DNA of 63,490 nucleotides, the filler included, from Octopus bimaculoides (lineage: Eukaryota): assembly GCF_001194135.2 (NCBI RefSeq). It is 6 parts of 6 records of this genome, joined end to end, with 100 filler letters (N's around TTAATTAATTAA, not from the genome) between each part and the next. Parts side by side here need not be neighbours in the genome. Positions count along the whole stretch, not along the records: positions 1 to 24,691 come from NC_069005.1; 5 more parts are not named here. One strand, written 5' to 3'. The notes below the pieces were generated by a model. It saw only the letters and a program-made list of their open reading frames with translations. It ran no database searches and was not told where the DNA came from. Position numbers and translations under genes: made by a program. Positions 11,194-22,918 of this stretch are shown piece after piece; position 1 is the stretch's first letter, and each line of letters starts with the position of its first letter.

Positions 11194-12049
11194 ATGTCTC
11201 CAACACCAGACAACAAAAACCATGTTCCCCAGGGTAATTAATGAAAATATATTTAAATTGTTGCTCATTCTAAATCATCAGGAATACTACAAACTGTGTG
11301 AGTAGTAATAGTAGCTTATTCTTAATGAAACATCTGCTGAAAGTAATTAAATTAGGCTACATTTGTGAAATGCATGCTTTTCCTTATTATAATTTAAATG
11401 TGTCGCTCTTATGGATTGTTTTACCTGATTATGTTCCTTCCATTGGATGTACTACAATGTTATAACATGTTGGAATTAAATGACATATTAACTGAGCTCT
11501 TAATTACAGTGGATATATATATTTTTCATACATCAGCTCTACTTATGTGGACAGGCAATAAATTCATGTGAGTGTGTGTTTGTGTGCGTGTGTAAAAACT
11601 AAGTCAATGTGAATGGTCAACTTTCTTGCTTTGAAAATAACAGTATAGTTTAAAACTAGTCATTAACTCACCACCAATATTTCACTTTACAGTAAATTAC
11701 AACATATGTATTGAATAAAACCATTTGATGATTTCCCTCTTGGATAAGCAAACAATATCTTAGTTGCCTTTGGAATCGTAGTTTTGATTTGGCGCCATGT
11801 TTAATATTACCAGCCTGCATTGAAAGTGTTTGCATAATTCTATTTGGTTATAAATATCTCTTCCCCCAGAAGAGTATCACGGATGAGATATTGTGGAGGA
11901 GTTGGAAAATAAATTTATATATATTTAACTACTACTATTACTCACACAGTTTGTAGTATTCCTGATGATTTAGAATGAGCAACAATTTAAATATATTTTC
12001 ATTAATTACCCTGGGGAACATGGTTTTTGTTGTCTGGTGTTGGAGACAT
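11194..12049. repeat. Perfect 111-bp inverted repeat (11194-11304 / 11939-12049)
   Basis: atgtctccaacaccagacaacaaaaaccatgttccccagggtaatt..caaactgtgtgagta and its exact reverse complement. Confidence 0.93.
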
Positions 12050-12232
12050 ACTTTATAGTTAAACTGGTGTTGGAGACATACTTTATAGTTAAACTATGGA
12101 GCATTCTGATGTAAACATTCATTTGTGTGCAATAGCAACATTAGAGTTTTTATCTTAAAAAGAACTGGGAAACATAAATACAAGAGAGTTACTAGAGAGT
12201 ATACAACAGAAGGAAAACATTCTCTTGAATTT
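11668..12232 (+). repeat. Dispersed direct duplication, copy 1 (copy 2 at ~17326-17735)
   Basis: Shared collinear blocks such as cagtaaattacaacatatg.attgaataaaaccatttga, gataagcaaacaatatcttagttgcctttgg and gagtttttatcttaaaaagaactggg.aacataaatacaagagag. Confidence 0.9.
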
Positions 12233-12576
12233 TCAACATCTCTACTCTCTGTCATTTGAAATTATTTCTAAATTTTGCAAGCCCACCGCATAGAACGTTT
12301 TTCATAGTTGGGACAAGGCTGTCCCTACTGGGAAAGTGAGGATTCATGTTTAATAAAATTATGGTGGTATTAAACTTTTTGGATCTTTGTGGTTTTCATC
12401 ACTGTTTACAATTTTGTTCCAATTGTTTTTTAAAATTTAAGCTTTGTATACTAATTATTAAAATGACGTTCATTTTTCCTATAAACCCATAATTAAAAAG
12501 TTATTAGCCTTTAAAATTTGCAAAATTTGTGTATTTTAGCCAATCAGAAGTGGGTATTTTACACATCACCGTGAAG

Positions 12577-13331
12577 AAGAACTCTGTTTCCATAGTAACC
12601 AAGGCAAAGAAGCACTACATGTTCCATAGCTGATTGCGAAGAACTCTGTTTCCATAGTAACCAAATATGCTGCGCATGTGCACAAGGAGTATAACCACCA
12701 TGTGTTCTATAATTGTTTGTTGTCGTAACAGAAGGTATTTAATTCTAGAACAATATAGAGATTTTAGAACAGTGACAAGGAAAAAATTTGTAAGGAAGGA
12801 CATCTCATGAGGGGGAACCCCCCCCCCCCCAATTCATGGGAAATTTTATTGGCATTGCCACTGGAGAGGCTGAAGTGTGTCTGTGTCTCTCTGTAAAGAT
12901 ACTTGGTTGGAAAGTCGGGAATATTTTAATGTTTTCCACTGTTTACTGTAGCTAGTTTAATGTTCTGATATGTCGGTGCCCAAGCTCCCCCTCCCCTGAT
13001 GATGGAAGAGGCAGTGAACATGCTGTTTTCTGATTAGCTGAAAATTCTGAAAATTATCAAACTTTGAACACCTGTAACATTTTTGCAAATTTTTTTCTAG
13101 AATAAATGAATAACAAAATTAGGATCTAGTCTTTTTCATTCACAAAATGTGCCCCATTTAATCTTGCTCAGATTGCTTTCAATTTTGGTGTATCGATGCA
13201 ACTCTGAATTTTGATTATGATCAACCAATTATTTTATCTCATAAATTAAAGAATCTGATGTTATTTGGAATTAAAGTCGAGAAATTTGGGTAATTTTAGC
13301 TAATCAACAGACAGGTTGTTACCATGACAAC
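12577..13331. promoter_or_regulatory. RFX X-box-like motifs (12586-12599, 12648-12661, 13318-13331), probably within an unclassified repeat
   Basis: gtttccatagtaac twice, inside a 27-bp tandem duplication, and gttaccatgacaac. All fit GTTNCCATRGNAAC with at most one mismatch. Confidence 0.4.
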
Positions 13332-14581
13332 CGCATGTTGTGTTGTGGTTCACTGTTGTCTGAAACCGCTAGCATCACATTTCAACAGCATAACTGAAAT
13401 TTAGCCCGCGTAACAAGAACTGAGAGGGATATCGTCGAACAGAGAAACTGTGGGTGATACAGATAATTTGACATTATTTTTGAATTCTGCATGCAACATA
13501 TATGATACAGGTTTTTTTTTGCCTTGGGACAAATTTTTTGTTGACCAGTGTTATTCTTATCATAGTTTACAAATCCAAGAATGAAAACTTTACTCAACTT
13601 TGGAGTTTTGGAGACAGACACCCCCTTTTCACACACACACACGCACATGCACTTATATATTAATGATCTACATAAATACATGGCAGGTATACATAATGCT
13701 GAAGTATGTATAAAGTAAACACATGCAGACAAACATATTGATATAACAAATTTTAAAAACTGATAAAAACATACAATCAATGAAGAGACAAAAGAAACAG
13801 TAAGATGATACATGTTGATTTTATTAGGTATTTCTGTTTATTTAAAAACCTACAATGAACAGGTCAGACACAAAACTAAAAAAAATTCACAGGGTACAAC
13901 CTTAAAGTTGACACCACTCTGCTAAACGCAGAAAATTTCTGTCTCACTATTGGCTAAAAATACCCATTTAAAAAATTTTTTAAACCTCTAGCTTTTTTCT
14001 CCAATTTTTTTCGCCACAACATCAAACCTTCAAAGCAATGAGACTGGAAGGCTACATTATTATAGCCGATTTTCAGATATTTTACTTCCCTTCAAAAAAT
14101 GCATATTTTGCGAATGAAAAAGACTAGATCTAATTCAGATTCAGCATCAAAAATTACATCTATATGATGTATTAAAGCATTTTTTCAAGATTTCGACATG
14201 CAGCGATGTAAACACAAATATCCAACTTTTTTAACTTGTCCAATGCCATGGCGAACAAAGAAGAATTCTGTAGGTGTAAACTCCCCACCCCCATTTAATA
14301 AAGATGTGGTGGTAAAAAAATTCCCCTAATATTCTGGTAGTGGTGACTTGGTATTTGCCAGTTCAAAAACCATTGGTGTCAGAGGCAAGTGTGTGAACGT
14401 GTGAATCTATTGTATATTTGTGAATGCAAATGTTGAGTTAAAGCAAAACAACATACAAACATGGAGAAACAGCATCAAAAAAGTTGTGTAGTACACATTT
14501 GAGTGAAATTCCTCTCCTCTATATTATATATACATACAAACATAGTAGATAACAACTAGCCTTTGGCCGCATTTTGGACCC

Positions 14582-15448
14582 TGTTGTGTCCACTACTCTG
14601 ATTGGTTGGTATTGGCGCAATTTGTCTCTTGCTCTATCACGCGCCAATATGCAACACAACCAATCGCAGCCTTCAAATAAGGTCACGTGTGACAGCCTGT
14701 TTTTCTACCTCAGCTGGGGCTACAACTCCTTATAAAAAACCTAACTTTTCCTTGTCTTGATGTCATTCGGTTTCAGACCCTTTAAGGTCTGGCCACTGAC
14801 CACACAAGACACTGCCAGTTCCAGCGACAACACAAGAGCAGCCACGTGGAGACTCAGCAACTTCGTCCAACAACATTCAGTGATCTCCATCTCCGTCACC
14901 ACCTCCTAACGTCAACATCTCTCTACGTACACAACTCAACAAGCAACTCACCCAAGTTACAACACTGCACTGTTCATGAACTACTTCACCATGGATCAAC
15001 AGCGAATATACAATGTGCGAGAACTCCTGTACCAAGTGACACAGGCAACAGCATCACAGCCACAACTTCACGTACGACTTGTACCGCAACCAGCTCTGCA
15101 TCATCGCCGCAACTTCTTGATACAGTATTTCAACTATCGTGTACAATTGACAACGAACTGGTATTTATCATTCATCACTTTGATGGCTATAGACTCTTTC
15201 ACTGTCTCTTCTTCATCGCCATCCTTGTATGCTCTTAACGAGCATACATCTATGCCTACATACACATGCATACATCTTATTCTTATGATGGTCTGTCTAT
15301 AATTCTGTATATAGGACGCACACATAATCACACATGTTAGCATACCAATAAATTTTCTTTTAAACATTCTACCTGGTTGTGTCTCTTATTTCCCTCTGGC
15401 ACATATAAGCATTGTTCTATTTATATTTATTGTATCGACCGTATCACA
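14582..15448 (+). mobile_element. Putative solo LTR
   Basis: TG start, CCAAT boxes, TATA-like ttataaaa (~14730), AATAAA (~15347), candidate CA end, CpG-retaining and compositionally distinct. No TSD found. Confidence 0.4.
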
Positions 15449-16089
15449 CGTCGGCGATCTGTTCCAGCTCCTTGAAACTACAAAACAATTATAATGGGAG
15501 AAGGTATCTAAACCTTCAATTCCATTTTAGGTGTAATTGAAAATAAATAGTTTATTTTCTCTCTATGAAACAGTAACATCTGTTGCGGACTTCCTCCTTG
15601 TATATAAAAAGTGTGGGCAGGAAAATATGTCGATTTGGGTAATATAACGAACATAATTTGCTTTAGCTTTTATTATCATTTTATTGTTCAAAATATACGT
15701 CAATGGTTCATTATAAATTAAAAAAACAAAACAAAACAAAGTCTCGCTAATTATTTTAAGTGCCTACATAGTCGCGAGCAGATGTAGGCACTACCCTGGC
15801 TTTCCCAGTCCTTGATCCAGCAGAGCATCGGAGATGTGACAGCTTGAGGAACAAATAGATAAATAAATAAATGCATGGGTGGGTACATATGTATGTCTAG
15901 TCTTTCTCATTAGCAAAATTTTGCTCAGATTGTTTTCAGAAACTAGATCCCATATATGTATGAACTTATTGATCACTGTTCGAGTTTGTATGTACTCACA
16001 CACAGCTAATGTGAATGAATATATATTTGTTGCAGTCTCACTGGCCGATGTTGATTTTTGTGTCACAATCAGTGGAATAGCTGTCGAAA

Positions 16090-16620
16090 GGAAAAAAGAA
16101 AAAAAAAACATCATAGTTAAAATTTCACCAGAGTCGTTTTTACTTTTCAGCCTCCCGGGGTCATTAAACTAAAATACTGAGGTTGATTTAATCAGCTATA
16201 CAGCTCTGTTTCCATTGTGAGGCCTTGTGCCTTATATTTTCAAACATTAGAAATCATTTGTGTTTTCGTAAAGGCAGGTGATGCAAGCATTGGATGACAA
16301 ATGCTCTGTAGCATTTAGTCACGTCCCTTTATTTTGTGAGTTCAGATTCTATCTAGGGTCAACTTTTTTTTCGTTGAGTCATCGATAAAATAAACTACTA
16401 CTTAATACTGAAAGTTCATGAAATAAAATATTCCTTCCTATAAAAAAGGTGACAGAATTGCTAGCACGCCGGGCAAAATGCTTGACATCCTGAGTTCAAA
16501 TATCGTCGCGGTCAGCTTTGCCTTTCATCCTTTCGGAGCTGATAAAATAAATACCAGTCGAGCTCTGAGGTCAATGAAATAGATATACACCCTCCTCCAA
16601 AATTGCTGGCCTTTGAAAGC
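16090..16620 (+). mobile_element. Cluster of three degraded family-B SINE copies
   Basis: Best copy ~16440-16615: gctagcacgccgggcaaaatgctt..ctgagttcaaat..ctttgcctttcatcctttcggagctgataaaataaataccag. Confidence 0.7.
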
Positions 16621-16849
16621 AATGTTCTTTCCTAGATGTGAGTTTGGATTATAGTACAAGATTAAGACTGTGAATTACAACATAATTCAAGATTAAGACT
16701 ATCCTCTAAAATAGTGTTTCCCAACTAATTTTCCTCCAGGCTCCATTATAACTTTCTAGAAAAATGTCTACCCCCACTGGTGATTGGAAAAAAAAAAGAA
16801 CAACTTTATTTTTAATGTTTTACATTCTCCCTCACTTTGTTCTTCGTAG

Positions 16850-17320
16850 GAGCTCACGACCCTCCCGACGTCTAGGACGTGACGCAGCATTCCTTCCACC
16901 GACACGTTGTTACGAGAGTTCACTGCTGTTACTCTTCCTTTCCCCCACTGAGTTGTACACCGCGCACCAGGGGGTTTCACCCACACCTCCTTCCCGATTT
17001 GAACACTTGCCGACTGTTCTTCTTCCCCAAAGGGTCGTGGTTCCACGCTCGGGTGTCTCTATTCGTATCTAAACACAACCTTTTGTGGAACCGTCTCCCC
17101 AGCCTGTCTTGATCTTAGCGACATATTGTACCAGAACACTGCTTCGATGGGAAAAATCTTCCCTCTCTCAGCCATGGCTTTGATTGCGCGATGGTGATGT
17201 TCCACAATCCCATTCCCGGCAGGCCTATATACTGCTCTGAAGAAACGTCTGGAATTCCATTGGTCGAGCATTTCTTTCAACTGCGCCGAGCGAAACACTG
17301 CTCAGTGACCAGTTCTCTGA
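16850..17320 (-). pseudogene. pol: Gypsy integrase core and C-terminal GPY/F-like region
   Basis: FRSAQLKEMLDQWNSRRFFRAVYRPAGNGIVEHHHRAIKAMAERGKIFPIEAVFWYN..PQKVVFRYE, then VQIGKEVWVKPPGARCTTQWGKGRVTAVNSRNNVSVEG. Confidence 0.9.
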
Positions 17321-17749
17321 GGATTAACTCACCATCAATATTTCACCTTGCAGTAAATTACAACATATGAATTGAATAAAACCATTTGACGACTTCCCTC
17401 TTGGATAAGCAAACAATATCTTAGTTGCCTTTGGCGCCATGTTTAATATTACCAGCCTACGTTGAAAGTGTTTGCATAATTCTATTTGGTTATAAATATC
17501 TCTTCCCCCAGAAGAGTACCACGGATGAGATATTGTGTTTGTGGAGGAGTTGGAAAATAAATTTATATATGTCTAACTTTGTGGTGTAGATAGATACTTT
17601 ATAGTTAAACTACGGAGCATTCTGATGTAAACATTCAATCGTGTACAATAGTGACATTAGAGTTTTTATCTTAAAAAGAACTGGGCAACATAAATACAAG
17701 AGAGTATTCAACAGAAGGAATACATTCTCTTGGACTACTGCTTCACTAT

Positions 17750-18500
17750 AATTTCCGTGCCTCCCTTTGTGCAGAATCTCTTTTGATTGCTGATCACTGA
17801 TGCCACCCATCCTCTGACTATGGCCGAATCAGTCCAAGTTTCCAATACGTGGAGCCCTCATCTCAGTGCCAAGTTCACGCCCTTTAGTATGGCATCCAAT
17901 TCAGCCACATTGATGTGGTTGCAATCATCCTTTTTTCTGAGCCACGCTGCATCTTCCAACTCTCTCGCCCCCAATTCCAGGATGACTCCTATTGCGAAGC
18001 TACTTGCATCATACCAAACAACTCTCTTTTTTGTTTCGGGCACATTCCAGCTCTAACTCTAACTCTCTCCAAAACGCCTTGCATCATAGCAGTTGTCTTC
18101 TCCCCTACTTTGTCACTTCACTTTACTCCTTTGGCACACCTCTTGATGAAACTGCTTACTATCCGGAGCCATCTTTCCACACACCAAGAAGACGTCTTGC
18201 CTACTTGTATCTTTGCTCAGGTCGGGAATCTCATTTCCTCGGCAAAAAACAAGCCTGCTCATCTTATCTCTTTCAATCTTGAGCCCCAGTGCAGCACCTC
18301 CTTCCATGGCCTCTGGTGGTTTAGCAGTCAGCCCATTCTTCTTCAGATGATCTACGAGTTCTCGGCCGTTGCTACACTCTCATTTACAAGGATGTCATCG
18401 ATGTATGAATAAGTCGCTTGCTCCACCTTCCCCAAGACCGTCTTTAGGACCTTTGCTATAAATTTTGGCGCCGAACTCAAGCCAAACCCCAACCGAGTAC
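17750..18500 (-). pseudogene. pol: Gypsy RT (partial) and RNase H
   Basis: SYIDDILVN motif at ~18385-18411 and VWYDASSFAIGVILELGARELEDAAWLRKKDDCNHINVAELDAILKGVNLALRWGL..TWTDSAIV. The N-terminal RT motifs appear deleted near 18500. Confidence 0.88.
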
Positions 18501-18960
18501 TCTACTGTCCATCGTGTGCCATCGGATTTGGACCAGAAGTCTTCATCTTCAATGTCGCATACATCGTCCCCTCTTTCTACATGCATTCCGTCGCTCTCAT
18601 AGCCTTTCTCCGCCTCTCCATACTCATAGCACGCAGCACATCGGTTGCCAAATTCCATTTCCTTCTCGCCAACCGTCAAGCCACCCAGCCAGACAATTAT
18701 GTCCATTCCCACCACAACGTCAACGCCGTCCACCAACTCGTTGACAACAATCGCCTGAACCTTCACTGCCGACCCTTGCACTATCATTTGTATTTCGCTC
18801 TCGCCTCTGCACCTAACTTTCCTGCCATCTACTGTGCTCAGATGTGGGTTACCGCCCCAGCTAGTCACCATTTTTACAGTTGCACTACTGGTTGTAGTGC
18901 AACCAGTATCCACAAGGGCTCAAGCTTCTCTCGACCCCACCTGAACGTTTATTATTGGCA
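18500..18960 (-). pseudogene. pol: Gypsy aspartic protease
   Basis: VDTGCTTT active-site motif, then DGVDVVVGMDII. Confidence 0.88.
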
Positions 18961-18978
18961 GTGACCGCGAGTGCACCT

Positions 18979-19695
18979 CTAATCGGTTGACGGGGTAGCT
19001 CCAGGCGCAGTAGCTCCCCTCCATCCGTTTCCCTGTTTACATTGGTTAGAAATGCGTCCAGGCTGGTTACACCAGTAGCATACCAATTCCAGTTTCGGTG
19101 CCGTGCAGTCTCTGACTATATGAGGACCATGACACTTGAAACATGGTCCCTTCGTTGTTTGCCCAGCTTCTATCGCTTCATTCTTCATCCTGTTAGTTTC
19201 CATTCGCCTCTTCGTCTCCGTCATCGTACAAACCACATCGCGTGGGTTAACCGGCATGGTGTGAATACCCGGTAGCTGCTGCAAACTTATTGAGATGTGA
19301 TCGAGAAATCTGGTCACAAAGGCCAACCTCACAACACTCTCTATTGCCTCGCTGGAAATCCCTGCTAAAGCCACCACTCTCCTAATTTCACTCGCATAGT
19401 CGTCGACCTGTTTTCTGGTCCACCACCTCACGCTTCCGAGCTTACTATACGGCTTAAAGGCTCTCTCTGTGTAAGCAACTTTCAGCCGTTCCTCGATCTT
19501 TTGTTGATCGTCTTCTGACATCTCTAGGTACAGGTTCAGCGCACTACCTTCTAAATACAACGGTAGGAAGCTGGCTACGTCCTGTATCCCCTGCAATTTT
19601 GCTACCAGCTTCATCTTCTTTATCCAGGCTACCACGTTTCCTTGGCCAGAGAATGGTTTCAACATGTCGTTGTCAAGTCTAATTTTCGATGCCAT
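18979..19695 (-). CDS. gag: Gypsy Gag (238 aa, open) with two zinc knuckles
   Basis: KPFSGQGNVVAWIKKMKLVAKLQGIQDVASFLPLYLEGSALNLYLEM..; CFKCHGPHIVRDC and CYWCNQPGRISNQC (second knuckle has H>R). Confidence 0.88.
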   Translation of the reverse strand: MASKIRLDNDMLKPFSGQGNVVAWIKKMKLVAKLQGIQDVASFLPLYLEGSALNLYLEMSEDDQQKIEERLKVAYTERAFKPYSKLGSVRWWTRKQVDDYASEIRRVVALAGISSEAIESVVRLAFVTRFLDHISISLQQLPGIHTMPVNPRDVVCTMTETKRRMETNRMKNEAIEAGQTTKGPCFKCHGPHIVRDCTAPKLELVCYWCNQPGRISNQCKQGNGWRGATAPGATPSTD

Positions 19696-21739
19696 ATTTT
19701 ACTGTGGATAGTCGATTTTTTTTTGGGGTGGGGACGCTATGCAACTAGCCAAAATAGCTTGTGGTACGAAGGGGAAATTGGGAAAAAGGAGAATTGAGGC
19801 TTTCTTACCTGTCGATTTGGTGGGAGCATTCTCACACCACGCACGTGGTCGTACACACACGTCTTGAATTCATGCTGTCTGGCTGCACTCTTCCCCACTT
19901 CCTGTGCCTGCTGCACGTGCTCTCTTCAGCACTTCCGTCCTTAGGGACTCCCGACAGGGTCAACCTACTCTCCCACCTTCGCCTTCACCACAACTTCAGC
20001 TGAATACCATACTTCCTCTGCTGTTCTCACAGCTGTACTGCATTCGAAATTTACTTTGTAAACGCCAACACATTCGATGCTTTGTTTATAAAATGTTTGG
20101 ACATTAATTAAAAATTTTTTATCACAATTATTTAATACAAATGAATCTACTGGTAATTCTTTTATTAAGTACTGAGTACAAAAAAAAAAAGAAGACATTA
20201 TTGATTAAGTAAAAACAATGTGAATGACTTTAATGAGAACCTTGTGCCTGGTGACTGTGACAGATTTCCTTGATTCGAGGAGACAATTTTGTTAGCTTCA
20301 GCTGTGAATCACCTGGTTAAAAGCAAATCGTGAACAGTATTAAAGCCACACCCAACAAAATAAGACGTAGAAAAATGAATCCTTTGCTGAAATGGCAGTG
20401 TTAGGGTATTTCCTTTCAACTTCATCACATAGCCACATCTTGCTACCTTTCATTTTTTTAAAAAGTGTTCACTGATTCACATGTTGCAGTTCTGATAACT
20501 CTTCTCAGAATTGGATTGGAACTTTAGAGATATCTACTAGCAATAGTTGAGTTAACCAAGAGGCTGTAAAAAGAAAGAAGATTTTCATAATTCTATGTCC
20601 CATGCCACTTCACAATTTTCCAAGATTCCACTGGTGAGGTGTATGTTCCACATTGAGAATCACAGCCCTAGAACATGTGACCTTAGTGTATCCAAGTTAG
20701 AAATCATCATCGTTGTCATTGTTGATATTGACGGGAAAGACACTTTAGAGTGGTGATAAAAGATGAATGTGGCTAAGGCCCTGGTAATATTATAATCCTG
20801 TTTCAAACGAGTCATGATAAAAGGCATCAAGAAATATGAAGACACAAGTTAAAGTTGACGGCTAAATTTATTTCTCTTTTAATAGAAAATGCCTTTTATA
20901 GATAAGATACAGCAAACTGGTTCAACATGAATAATTCTCTTAATAAAAGTACATTGGTTCCGCGTGCAACTTGAAGATGAAGATGTGTGCAGGAAAAGCA
21001 CAAAGCATGGTGACAAGAATCACTGCTGACAATTCTCTCCTCACTGGTAATGCATAACGGAATAAAACTTGCTCTATGCTGAAGATCCGAACTCCATCAT
21101 GATGACCCACCTCGCTGAAGAAAATAGCATCCTTAAATAGCTAAGGGTAGGCTCAAATGGACCACACTTTTCTGGACGAATAAGTGGTCTGACTGAATGA
21201 CTAATCCGATTGCGTATGGTCATGTGACCACTTGCAGAAAAAACCAGCGTAGGAGCCAAAATGGGCCTATTTAAGTAAAAATAGCCAGTTAATGAACATA
21301 ACATATTCAACAACACGTTCAATTTCCGGTCTGTAAAAAATTTCACATTTTTCACCCAAATTAGTATGTTTTGGTTCAAAAATTTTTTTGAACTACACAA
21401 AGAAACGAACTCGTTTCTTTTTGGTTAGTTTTTCTGTTTTNNNNNNNNNNNNNNNNNNNNNNNNNNNNNNNNNNNNNNNNNNNNNNNNNNNNNNNNNNNN
21501 NNNNNNNNNNNNNNNNNNNNNNNNNNNNNNNNNNNNNNNNNNNNNNNNNNNNNNNNNNNNNNNNNNNNNNNNNNNNNNNNNNNNNNNNNNNNNNNNNNNN
21601 NNNNNNNNNNNNNNNNNNNNNNNNNNNNNNNNNNNNNNNNNNNNNNNNNNNNNNNNNNNNNNNNNNNNNNNNNNNNNNNNNNNNNNNNNNNNNNNNNNNN
21701 NNNNNNNNNNNNNNNNNNNNNNNNNNNNNNNNNNNNNNN

Positions 21740-21775
<36 letters not shown>

Positions 21776-22472
21776 TCGCTTAAAAGCTGCATTCCGTGCG
21801 GACTTTTAAGCTAGCTCCTGCGGAGGGCTAAATGGGGCTTTGGCCCAAAACTGAGGGGAGCAATAATAATAAAACATTTATTGGTATCCTACCATCTCAG
21901 ATTTATATCACAGAGAATCACATTTGGAGAATTTTGTATCACTGTGACATTTGGATATCATTATAAAGCAGCAAGATGAAAACTATTCTTGGTTTTTACC
22001 CTTTGGTGTTAGTACGAAGAGAGTGTTGCCATTTCCAAATCTAGAACAACCAGCATAGAGCTGACCATGGGAAAGTACTGCTGTATGAGATGAAGTACAA
22101 CAATTTTGAGTGATTGTCCTTGAATTTTGTTAATTGTATTATTGTAGGTAACGGAGGTAACTGTTACAAAGTTTTGACATTAAATTCAAAAAGTTTTGGC
22201 CAGTTTTCTAACACAGAATGTTGCGTTTATTATAGCTAAGGGAGGTAACTCTTGTAAACCGTTTGAAACTTCTCAAGGTCGCCTTACCTGCTAGAAATAG
22301 CAGCCCAAATGCTCTTACATCAGATCCCACTGCTGGATTTCAAGAACCTAATGAAGGTCAGATTATCCTGATTCCAAAAAGGTATATGTCTACGTAGAGC
22401 AAATGTAGACAGAGATGCAGAGGTCTCAGACAGACAGAATTTCACTTTTATTTATATAAATATATAATTAAC

Positions 22473-22589
22473 AGGGTTCTTTCAGTTTCCATTTCCCATA
22501 TCTACTCACACGGCTTTCGTGCAACGCAGTGGGACTGAACCTGAAACCATGTGGTTGGAAAGCAAGCTTCTTACCACACAGCCACGCCT
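22473..22589 (-). mobile_element. Family-A SINE 5' part with internal deletion
   Basis: Reverse complement of aggcgtggctgtgtggtaagaagcttgct..ggttcagtccc..gaaactgaaagaa. Confidence 0.85.
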
Positions 22590-22860
22590 TGCCAGCTTTT
22601 GTTTTGTTTTTTCTTGAAAGAACCATGGATCCTTTGGATAGTTTAATATTCAACAAGTACAAATATAACATTCGGGGAATGTAAGCGTGTTTAATTGAAA
22701 CAAAGGAAGAAAGGAGGGGGCGGGAAAATGAATGTTCAAGCATCTGCTCACTATGTAACAGCGGTGTTGTTTCTATGAAAACGACAGATGACGTCAGAAG
22801 AGAAAAAAACACTGTCGTCTGCTTCAAACCAATACCGCTAATACCGAAGGAAAAATCAAC

Positions 22861-22918
22861 ATGAATAATAACGACGGTAACAAGAATTACAACAGCAACA
22901 AAAACAATAATGGAAAAC
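22861..22918 (+). CDS. Candidate first coding exon (MNNNDGNKNYNSNKNNNGK)
   Basis: aaaaatcaacATG context and c|GTGAGT donor in a CpG-retaining, non-repeat segment. No homology recognised. Confidence 0.3.

Larger units (their letters stand above)
16830..20070 (-). mobile_element. Rearranged Ty3/Gypsy LTR retrotransposon (putative 5' LTR ~19740-20070, no 3' LTR seen)
   Basis: Order gag, protease, RT, RNase H, integrase. A purine tract (aaagtgagggaga) follows the integrase end. Confidence 0.92.

Noticed and set aside
21074-21400. 108-aa minus-strand ORF
   Set aside because: No recognisable motif or splice support; compatible with chance.
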